This document shows, one piece after another, positions 26,762 through 37,217 of a stretch of 64,000 bases of DNA (the stretch's first letter is position 1; every line of letters begins with the position of its first letter). The notes under the pieces were generated by a model. That model saw only the letters and a list, made by a program, of their open reading frames with translations, was not told the origin of the DNA and made no database searches. The stretch lies in assembly GCF_009834535.1 (NCBI RefSeq), contig NC_045696.1:84756001-84820000 (forward strand), written 5' to 3'. Made by a program: the position numbers and the translations under genes. The stretch is from Camelus ferus (taxonomy: Eukaryota).

Positions 26762-26909
26762 AATTATTTCAAAATGACATTTTCAATTGGGGGATATTAA
26801 TGTAGATAAACATATATAACTCATTTGGATAAATGTCTAAGGAAAAAATTGAGAGAATTATATTTTAAAGAAGGCAAGACATAAGTTATTTGCAATTGTT
26901 AAAAGACTT

Positions 26910-28176
26910 ATAATTAAAACCATAACAAAGAACCAAACAGAAATTATGGAGCTGAAGAATATAACGAATTATTTTTAAAAAATGTAGTGTAGAGTGTCAA
27001 TAGCAGACATGATCAATCAGAAGAGAAACTCTGCAAACTTAAAGACAAATTATTTGAAATTACCCACACTACCAAAAGCGATCTATAAATTCAACTCAAT
27101 CCCTATCAAAATTCCTAATGTCATGTTTCATAGAAGTATAAACAAAATCTAAAATTCATATGGAACACAAAAGACTCTGTATATTCAAATTAATCTTGAG
27201 AAAGATTAAGAAAGTTAGAGGTATTACACTTCATGATTTCAAGCTATATTACAAAGCTATAGTAGTCAAAATAGTATGGTATTGGAAAATAAACAGAAAC
27301 ATGGATCAATGGAGCAGAATCTCTCCATTGAATCAGAAATAAACCCATGCACATTCAGTCAACTAAATTTCAACAAAAATACACAAGAGTACACAGGGAA
27401 GAAAGATCAGTATTCAAAAATGATGCTGGGAAAACTGGATATCAACATGCAAAAGAGTTAAATTGTACCTCTATCTTTCATCATACACAAATCAACTCAA
27501 AATGGATTGAAGACTTAAATGTAAGACCTAAACATATAAAACTTCTAGAAGAAAACATGGAGGACAAATTCCTTGACATTTGTTTTGGCAGTTTTTAAAA
27601 ATTTGATACTGAAAATGCAGGCAACAAAAGCAAAACAGACAAGTGAGACTGCATTAAACTATAAAGCTCTTGCACAGCAAAGGAATCAATCAACAGAAAG
27701 AAAACGCAACCTATGGAATGGAGAAAATACTTGCAAACCATATATCAGATAATGGGTTAATATCCAAAATATATAAGGAATGCATAAACTCAACAGCAAA
27801 AAAAAAGAAAAAGCAGTCCAAAAATTTGGCAAGAATCTAAATAGACATTTTTCCAAAACACATAGAAATGACCAATAGGTATATGAAAAGATGCTCAACA
27901 TGCTACTATTTCAGGGAAATGTGACTTAAAACCACATTGAAATTCTACCTTGTACCTGGTAAACAGTCATTTTCAAAAAGCGAAAAAAATAAGTAATGGT
28001 GATGATATGAAAAAAGGAACTCTTGTACTCTGTTGGTGGCATTATAAATTGGTACAATCATGGAAAACAGCAGGGAGGTTCCTCAAAAAATTAAAAATAT
28101 GACCATCATATGATTCAACAGTTCCACTCCTGGATATATATCCAATGAAATAAAATCACTATCCTGAACAGATATC
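26910..28176 (+). mobile_element. Old L1M (L1MA-like) with internal deletion joining ORF1 coiled-coil to late ORF2
   Basis: KNQTEIMELKN..NSRHDQSEEKLCKLKDKLFEI (ORF1) up to about 27065, then [47 protein letters not shown] (ORF2). Confidence 0.9.
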
Positions 28177-28719
28177 TTTTTCTAAATTATCCCTGATCTT
28201 CAGTACCATTTTTCTCTCTCATCAAATGCACATACTCCCTATATATTTGAATTCTGTCCTGAGATATATATATATCTCCTCATAAAATATTTAGTGCTGT
28301 GCTTGATTATAGGAACATATGCATATTTCCCTTGTTATTTTCATAACTGCTGTGACTCTTTAGATTTTATTCTATCCTTTACTCTTTAAATTTACATAGC
28401 TATTAAAGCATATGTATATTTTTCATTTATAAATGCTTTTCCTCAGAATTCTCTAACTGAGCAGCAATCAATTGGATTCTTCTTTGGTAATTTTTTTCTA
28501 TTTTTTTTTTTTTTACTGTATTTCTATTTTTCTAAATTTTAGTATATTTTCACCCTAACTTTAGCTTCTGCTTCAATCATATTGAAACTCCTTTATTCCC
28601 AGGCCACTTATCATTCTTTTCTTTCCTTTCCATCGTTTTCATCTTCCTAAAATCCCTTTTTCTTTCCTATGTGCCTGAAAACTCTCCTCCAAACATGGTT
28701 TCTTTAACTTTTAAGGCTG

Positions 28720-29250
28720 TCTGTATTATTAGTAGATTAATTAAACAAATGAAATAAATTAAAATTTAAATTGACCTAAAACATACAAACACACAAATTC
28801 ATTAATTTACAGAACCAGAGTAGATAACTGATTCAAGGACAAAAATTTTTGTGAAAATAACCAAGTCATTTCCAAGCTTTGCTCTGCCCCAGTGGGTTTG
28901 CTACATCCTAAGACTGGACCCTTCAGAGCTGCAGCAGCAATTTGGGCTATGCTTTCTCATGAATAGCTGTGAGCAAGGAAGCCTTCTTCTTCAGGCTGTA
29001 TTTTAATAGTAAGGAAGCTTCTTTCCAGGAAGCATCTATCATATTCTCAAGTTAATTGACCAGATTTGCTTAGGCCTGCCCTCTTTTATGTCAAATACTT
29101 GCAAGGGGAAATGGCTTTACCAGGATTAGACTGTTCAGAACCCATCAACTGATTTCCCTCGAAACACATGGTTGAGATCTTGAAGAAGAGTGAGTGAGGT
29201 TTCTCTTATAAAAGGAGAAAGTAGCATTTACACTCCGGGAGGAAACAACA
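28720..29250 (-). mobile_element. Old MaLR LTR (MLT1K/L-like)
   Basis: TCCAAGCTTTGCTCTGCC..GCTGCAGCAG..TTGACCAGA..GCAAGGGGAAATGG motifs. Confidence 0.5.
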
Positions 29251-29769
29251 TGGATACCACATAGACTCACTCCTTACCATATTTAGTAAAAGTAAATAAA
29301 TGCCCCTATCTCAGAGCTTACATAGCACAACAGATACAAACATATGCATGGGTATCATACGTTTCACTGTGAATGATCAATACTTTTAAAAACTGGATGA
29401 ATGTTAAAGAGGTATCTTTATTAAATTCAGCTTCCTCATCATTAAAGAAGGGACATGGTATTATCTGCTTCCTTGCATGGTTGCAGTTTTTAGCACTACT
29501 ACTAACACAATACTCAGCATTATACTAAGCCTGGGGTGATTATTCAATAATACTTTTATGAATATTAGTAACTGCCCATTCTAGATAAGCATGAGCTCTG
29601 TAGTTTACTGTTTTCTAGTATGATTTAAGTTGTTTTCTTTGACCATAGAGGAACTTGAGTTTATGACCTTTAGTTAAAGTCAAAGTTTAAAAAAGTAAAG
29701 CCTCATTCATCTTGTTAAGAAATTCTATTGTTAGCGCAGTCATTTGTTGAAACACACATTCACATTCAT

Positions 29770-29796
29770 ACACACACACACACACACACACACACA
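29770..29796. repeat. (CA)n microsatellite
   Basis: Read directly from sequence. Confidence 0.97.
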
Positions 29797-30779
29797 GCCT
29801 CAGGGTAGAGATTCTCAGTTGCAAGGAGATAGTACTGGGATTTCTTTTCAGAAATATTTGGCAACACCCATCTTTTAACTTACTGAACATTTATCTTTTT
29901 TCCTTCTCAGATCTCCCTCATGTCTTACTACACTCAAACTTGCCTATTCATCTTCTTTTGATCTTTCACATTTTAATACAAGTGTCTTTTCAGGAGAGAC
30001 AGCTTATTTGGCCCACCCCTCCAATACTTGGCATGCCATGCTTTAAATAGATACACAGGACCATGTCCTTTGTTTTCATAATTCAGATTTATTAAGTAAT
30101 AAATTATACATTTATTTGTGATGATTTGATTGTTATGTTATTTTCAACAAGACTCTTTTAAAAATTTTGTTCATAAGATTTTATTTATTTTCTACCATAT
30201 ATTCAATAAACATTTGTTAAATGTGCTGTACTGACTAAGCTTCTCTGGAGGTTGTTAATTTATGAATGTTCTTTGTGGCCTGGGGGCGAAAAGTCATTAT
30301 TTTAAATGGGTATCAATCTCAGGCTAGAATCTCAGGCATTACAGATGTAACTTCACTTTTCTATTAATGAACTTAATTTATAAAATGAGCTTTATTACAT
30401 TGTATGGTGGAAAAACATTTCTCAATCAATAGTGAAAATATTAATCCATTATGTGTTTTCCCCACTTAAAATAGGTCTCCTTCACCCCACAGTAAGTTCT
30501 GTGATCTGGAGTTTAGGCAGTAACATACTTGGATGGTGAGAATATAAGTTTTGGGGATCATATAAAGTTTTGTTGGGGCCTCCTTCTCCTAATCACAAGA
30601 CTTCTCTAAACCTGACTGTCAACACTATATCCACACCTTTCTTAGGCATACCTAGAACAGAAGGTTACATACTGGTACATAAAAACCTAACAAAACTTTC
30701 TCAGGCCCCTCTGACTAAATGGTTCCTGTTACTATCTTTACTACAGGACTTCCAAACTATGCCAACATTGTAAATGCAA

Positions 30780-31330
30780 TAAGGAGGGCCAACTTCTCAG
30801 GCCACATAATGATACTGAGGCTACATTAACAGCGTCAGTTAGAAGGATTTGATTGCTATAGAAGATTCATATGACCCAAAATAAAAATACTTACACATGT
30901 ATAGTCTATTGTAGGAAAAGATACAGTATGACCACAGCATTAAGGTAAGGATATATACCACAGATGAAGGATGCCTTATAGGAAAGTGTCCAGATAAGCA
31001 GGTGTGAGCCACGATATCCTCCTTCTGTAGAGCTGTGTCAGACACGCTTTCCCTCTTGGATCAGGACCATCATATGGATAAAAATTACCTCAGAAACAGA
31101 GCTCTAAAATGGGGACTCATCTGAGGTTTCTGATGGTCATGTAAGCACATTCTACCTAATCAGACCCAATGGCAAACTGCTCTAAAGATTTCACAGATAC
31201 CAGGGGCAAATCATCAATCTCACTGCTACCAATAAAAAATGCTGACGAGCCGCTGATACAAACCATCTCCAAACTCCACCGGCTATAGCTTCCAAGCAAT
31301 ACTATTATTAATCAGTCTGTTTTGTGCCAA
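30780..31330. mobile_element. Old ERVL-type LTR (MER21/MER68/MER77-like), probably interrupted by the LTR at 31331
   Basis: TACTTACAC..TATTGTAGGAAAAGATACAG and GGTCATGTAAGCAC..ATCAATCTCACTG motifs resemble this family group; a possible continuation lies at about 31886-31958. Confidence 0.45.
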
Positions 31331-31885
31331 TGTTAGGCAGTTAGATACAAATGAGCACTGGGCAAGGGGAAAGGAAAGGGGAGGGAACAATTTAGAAGAT
31401 AGCAGTACGCCTGCGCTCAGGATAAGGAAATTCAAAGAGTTTTACTTTCTCTAAATGAGTGCCAACAAAGAAGCCAGTTAGAATTGAACCCTGCGGCTGC
31501 ACGGTAGGGAGAGGGACTTGGCTTAACATCACCTAGTGCTCATTACAATATAATTAGCATTGCGGTTTGGGCCCCCTCCGGTAGGTTTTTCTGTGTGCGT
31601 CATGGGTAACAGCGTGAGCAAAAGAGACAAACATGCCTGAGCACTCAAGGCACATGAGTTGTCAATCAGTCACTAGAACACCCACAAGCCAGGATACAAA
31701 CAGGAGAAACAAAGGAGAGCTGCCATTTTCGTCTCTTGGGTTGGCCCACCTTCAATTCTCAGAGGCATACTATACTAACTTTTGCTCTATTAATAAAATT
31801 TTCTATTTATATCATGCTTTCAGTCTCCAGTTTAAATTCTTTTTCTCAAGAAAGACAAAGAACCAAGTTCTTTTTACCCTCTGAT
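31331..31885 (+). mobile_element. Solo ERV LTR (ERV1-like), relatively young
   Basis: Starts TGTTAGGCAGTTAG, GC/CpG richer than flanks, AATAAA at 31792-31797, U5-like AATTCTTTTTCTCAAGAAAGACAAAGAACC. The 3' end and TSD are not sharp. Confidence 0.75.
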
Positions 31886-32069
31886 GAGCGTTTAGTGTCC
31901 TGCAGGTAACTCAGCAAACAGAGCAGGCTAATTCAAGGGTGGAACTAAACTCAGCACAAAGGAAGAGCCTAGATTTATTTGGATAATGTCCTCAAACATA
32001 TACTCACACCTTGATTAGTTGTCTCCTTTTATCCTCCAACAACAGTCTATAAATATTTAGATCATTTGG

Positions 32070-32540
32070 GACCATGCCAGGATTCTGGCAGGAAAAGAAA
32101 GCACATTCAAACAGAGCAATTAAGGAGACTTCAATGGACTATTTGCAAATGGCGGTTGGTTCAAACAATACAGGATGCTGCAATTCCCCAGAACTAGAAA
32201 TAATGGCAAAATATTCGCAGCCCTAGATCAGAGGAGCCAAGGACATAACAGTTTTTGGAACAGGAAAACATAACTGTATGGAAAGGATAACTGATGGAAA
32301 GTCCAGGAGCTATGGACTTCAGACAAGAGACACAGTCAACCAATGATGATCAATAGCAAGAGAGCTCTAAGAAAGTGGAAAGTACATACCCTGGCTGTAT
32401 TCTTTTCCTTGACTCTGATTTTCTGCCAGAGGGTAGGGGAGGTCATTGTACAGTCAATATTGTGCAGACTTCTAAGACACAGAGCACATGGAGAAGATGA
32501 AGACAGCATCTGGAGGGGCAAGAGGAGAACATCCATCAAG
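32070..32540 (-). mobile_element. LTR33-like ERVL solo LTR
   Basis: Reverse strand begins TTGCCCCTCCAGATGC..TCTTCTCCATGTGCTCTGTG; + strand GGCAGGAAAAGAAAGCACATTCAAA..GGACTATTTGCAAA matches the LTR33 end. Confidence 0.7.
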
Positions 32541-32929
32541 GTGTCAGGGAAATGTAAAGCCTGGCTCTTACATCATGATGCATTCTCACAAATCCACAGT
32601 ATTTTATGGAATATAATTTATACTTGACTTCCCTCAGGGATTGAAAAACAACATTGCAGGCCATAACAACATGAAAGCACATACACTTTATACTCAGAAT
32701 CATCTTTTCTTCTGTTTTTGTTTTTGTTTTTTTTAGGGTGGAATTCTACCCTGCATGCAGGGATAAACTGACTAGGGAAAAGGCTTTGGGGCAAAAGAGA
32801 ATTACCAATGCATAAAGGACACTATGTTAACTATCATTTACTACTTCGGTAATAAATCCTTTGATTTCTATGGTCTCATTTTAATTGATAATAAAATATT
32901 TATATCTTTCAATAATGTTTTGGTGTTTA

Positions 32930-33090
32930 TATGCTTATCAAAATATTTAGGCTAATCTTTTCTATAATTGGACAAATAAGGATATTTAGGCTCCAGAGAT
33001 TAAACCACTCTTCTAAAGGCACACATATTTGGGTTGCTGAGTCATACCTAGAATCCACAACTATTTCTCTGATTCAGTTTTCATTTTACC
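32930..33090 (-). mobile_element. MIR SINE relic
   Basis: ACAAATAAGG..AGGCTCCAGAGATTAAACCACTCTTCTAAAGGCACACA. Confidence 0.55.
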
Positions 33091-33679
33091 ATAAAAGTTG
33101 ACTATATAAATCGCTTATTTGATGCAATGTAATAAAAAAAAAAAGGCAGACAGAAATTAGCCATGTTATTTTTTCTAAATTTCAACTGCTTTTTCCTAAT
33201 TTTCAACATGACACTGGAGACAAATATTAGAAAAAAATACTTATAAAAATGATGTATTTTGAAAAATGAACTCATCATCAATTAGACAGCAACATAATAC
33301 AGTACACTACACTGTGATTATCTATATGTTGGGTTAATGTCAGAAGACTGACTATTTTAACAGTATTCCAAATGCTACAAATTAAAATACATTGTATAAT
33401 TACCATCTCACTTTTAAAAATTGGATTTTTATAGAAATTACAGACCAAATGAGAGATTTCAGATATGAAACTTGTCTGATTAAAGTGTCCAAATAAAATC
33501 TATATATATATTTTTATATATATAGATTTTTTTTAAATTAATGATTAAAGTCCATCACAGATAAGTACTACATTATTACTTCCTGGAAACTTTTGAGTAG
33601 TTGACTATATCTACATGGTACTAAAATAAATTTTCATGATTTAAATTGTAATTACTAGTCCAAAAGCTGAACTATTGGG

Positions 33680-33766
33680 TGTGATGACTAATTTTCTATG
33701 TCAGCGTGCCTAGGTATCCAAATACTTGGTCAAAATTATTTAGATGTTTCTGTCAGTATGTTTTCT
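33680..33766 (+). mobile_element. MLT2 (ERVL LTR) 5' fragment
   Basis: TGTGATGACTAATTTTCTATGTCAGCGTG..TACTTGGTCAAAATTATTTAGATGTTTCTGT matches the MLT2 start. Confidence 0.8.
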
Positions 33767-34129
33767 ACATTACTGTCCAGGTTCACCACTAACCACTGTT
33801 GCCTGTTCCAGGGCTTCTAAGAAAATAATCCAAAAAGCTTGTATTCATTGGTTCCTAAACATTTCATTTCTTTTATGCTTCTCAGTCTTGGCCAACTCTT
33901 TTCTCTCTCATCTCCAATGCTTTTTCATCAACACTTTTCCCTTCCATTGTAGGAAAACTGTTGCTTATTCCTTAACATATGTGCCCAAAATCACACTCTG
34001 TGAAGTCCTCTTTTACTTTTCCAAACAAATGTGTTACTTTCTTCTCTGTGCTCCCACTCTATTACTCACAGTTAACATGGACTATTAAATATTTTTGATA
34101 TTCAAAAAGCCTAAACAATAATATGAGAG

Positions 34130-34865
34130 ATTCATGCTCACTCTAGTTCTTATAAAAAATAAAATATTATCAATACAATAGAAACCATCTTCTTCTCATA
34201 GGTAACCACTATCTTAATATTTATATTTGTTATTCTTATACATATTACATCTTTACCTTATTTGCATATCCCTAACTATATATACAAATATTATTTGCAT
34301 GGTTTAAAGCTTTATATTAATATTCTCTGTTTATGTATGTATGTACATACGTGTGTGTGTGTTCTTTCTTCTACAACTGGGTTTTATGGGAAAGAGGTTT
34401 AAATTTGTGATATACATATATTTATGAGGAAGCTTGTGGTATCCTTGCATGGCACAAATATAATTTATTTGTTGTCCTGATAACAGACATTTTGGATGTT
34501 TGCAATTTTTTTGCTGTCACAAAAAATTTTGCTTCAATATTCTTGTACATATATGTGAGTTACTTTCTCTAACCCTTCTACCAAGAAGTAGAGCTGCTAG
34601 GATGCAGGCTATACATATTTTACTTTAATTTTTATATACTGCCAAATTGTTTCCCAAGGTGGTCTTGCAATTTTACACAACTAACAGTGCATAAAAGTTT
34701 CCATGTCTCCATATGTTGGTCATCATTTGGTGTTGCTAGATATTTTATTTTTTTCATAATTTGATGGATGTGACATAGAATCTCACTGTGCTTTTATTTT
34801 CCACTAATTTCATATGCTCTTGGTAATTTTGTATTTTCTATTCTGTAAATTGCTCATTGTTTTCC
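34130..34865 (-). mobile_element. L1ME-type LINE-1 3' region
   Basis: GGTAACCACTAT, GACATTTTGGATGTTTGCAATTTTTTTGCT, TACTGCCAAATTGTTTCCCAAGGTGG, AATCTCACTGTG are antisense L1 ORF2-end/3'UTR motifs. Confidence 0.8.
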
Positions 34866-35902
34866 TCCAGTTTAGAAGACCATCTTTTCTGTAGCCTTTG
34901 ATAGCCTTAAGGGCAGAGGCCATGTATTATTCATTTTTCTACCCTGGCCTTTTATGATGCTTACTTAAATGTTTGATGATTGAAAGTCATAAGCTCCTGA
35001 TAGATGTTAATGAAGATTTTTGGTATCTTTCTCACATGATAACCATTACGTAATTTTTTACAGTCATGTTACAAGTCAGGGCACAGATTCCTACTGTGTC
35101 TCTAACTTTGACATGCTTGGTTTAAAAGGCTAATTCAAAAATATTCTAGAGGAAAAGAATGATGCATCTTCTAGAAATAGTGTCGCTACTTAGCTTAATT
35201 ATAGCAATTTTAAGTAGTGAAATCCTGCTATGGAAAATACTTTTTAGAAGTCTACCTTAATTTTTAAATTCTTATCTATATGGCTAAGAATTTATAAAGC
35301 ATAACATTTATAAAAGCCTTGGTGATCATGTTTTCCTTTGTTTTCTGTTGACTATTGCTCAAAGTAAATTGTATGTTAGCTGATCCTTGTAAGTTAGAGT
35401 TTATAATAATGCTGTAGTTTAAATGGAATTTGTTATTAATTTTGAGCTTCATATGAAAAATACTGTCCAATATTTTTCTTTATATGCCAACTATCACACT
35501 TAACATTTATTGGGCTTCTGTAACATACTGGACAATTTGAAAAACATAAATTATACTCAACATTTAGTAGAGATACTCACATTGCAGAATTTAGAATGTA
35601 AGGATGCGTAAATTGCTACATACAAGGCAACCATATTTTGACATATTAACTGTTGTGACTTTTGTTTTTACTTGGGAAGTATTTGAAAAGTTCTATGCTC
35701 ACTTCTTTCATATAAAATATGACTCCTGAGAACAAAAGGAGTCAAATGGTTAGCATTTCATTTTGAAAGCTAAGGTCTAGCTAGGCATATAAAAAAAAGG
35801 ATCAGTAAATGATAACAAGGTTTTTACCTTCCTAATGTAATAACTCAAATTAGTTTGACATGTATTAACTTTCTTTAATCCTCATAACATGGCTATTTAA
35901 GT

Positions 35903-36120
35903 CAGGGTTTTTTATCTCAATATTGTTCACATTTTGAACCAGATAATTCCTTCTTGAAGGGTACTGTGTTTCAAATTGTAGAATTTTAGTATCATTCTGA
36001 CCTGTAGCCCCAAGATGCCAGTAGCACACCCCTCAACACTAGTCATGACAACCAAAAATGTCTCCAGTCACTGTCAAATGTTCTCTAAGGGAAAACAAAA
36101 CTACAGTTGAGAATGACCAC
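35903..36120 (+). mobile_element. MER20 hAT-Charlie DNA transposon, apparently nested in a MIR
   Basis: ACATTTTGAACCAGATAATTC..AGATGCCAGTAGCAC..GACAACCAAAAATGTCTCCAG..CAAATGT..AGTTGAGAA; MIR-like halves at about 35820-35900 and 36215-36300. Confidence 0.85.
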
Positions 36121-36617
36121 TTGAAGGCATATCCTATCATTTTTTCCTTCTTTTCCATCTCCTTGTCCTCTTTTTCTTCCTGATTATTTATCTTCCTTTG
36201 CTTCTTTTTATCTTTGCAAATAGAGAAATTGAAACTTAGGAAATTTTAATACATTTTTATTGGAAGATTCAATATATAAACATATAGTCTGACTCCAGAG
36301 TAGATAGATGAAAGGATAGATAGATAGATAAAGATATAGATATAGACATAAATAAATAATCTCAATGCTTTAATTATTGGCTACTCATTATCATGAATCA
36401 ACTAGTCTTTATCTTGACACCCATTTTGCATGATTATTAATGTCATCCTTGGTTTAATAAAAAGTTTCTACTTGTAGTATAAGACAAACTGTATTAAAAT
36501 TAATAAATACTTAACATTATTTAAGATAGTTTTTTCTTATAATTAATAATTATATCTTTCTGACTTAGTTTATTTTTTGTGTAAAGCGAGATAATAATAT
36601 ATCTACATCAAGACCTG

Positions 36618-37217
36618 TTAGGCAAAAAAGTGAAATAAGTCAGAGAAAGACAAATACTGTATGATATCACTTATATATGGAATCCAAAAAAGCTGAACTC
36701 ATGAAAACAGAAACTAGAATGATGGTTACCAGGAACTGGAGGGTGGGGAAAAGGGGAGACATTGGTCAGAAAGAACAAGTGTCCAGTTATAAAATAAATA
36801 AATAAATTAAATAAATAATTTCTGAGGATCTAATGTACAGCATAGTGATTATAGTCAATAATACTGTATTATATACTTGAAAGTTGCTAACAGTATTATA
36901 TCAGTACCTGTTTTAACTAATTGAAAGAAATCTGAAGAGAATTTTTGTTTTTATGAAAAAAGCCATTATTGTACTAATATAAGACTTTTGTAAAAGCAAG
37001 TGACATACTGGCACTTTTAGAAAGTAAGGGGTACCGTTTGCTTTAGGCCATTTCCACCTATGACTATTCTCCTTTCAGATAGCAGGGGACATCTGTGTCA
37101 TCTAACACCATGGTAGTAATCATCTTGCAATATATAAGTGTATCAAATCAACAGGTTGTTCGCATTACATTTACACAGTATTATATGTCAATTACATCTC
37201 AAAAAAGCAGGGAAAAA
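36618..37217 (+). mobile_element. L1MA9-like 3' end containing about 200 bp of non-L1 filler
   Basis: AAGTGAAATAAGTCAGAGAAAGACAAATACTGTATGATATCAC..GATCTAATGTACAGCATAGTG..GAAAGTTGCTAA, resuming at about 37095 with CATGGTAGTAATCAT..TATATGTCAATTACATCTCAA. Confidence 0.85.

Noticed and set aside
28261..28278. 18-bp palindrome GAGATATATATATATCTC
   Set aside because: The symmetry is mostly a trivial result of the (AT)n core.
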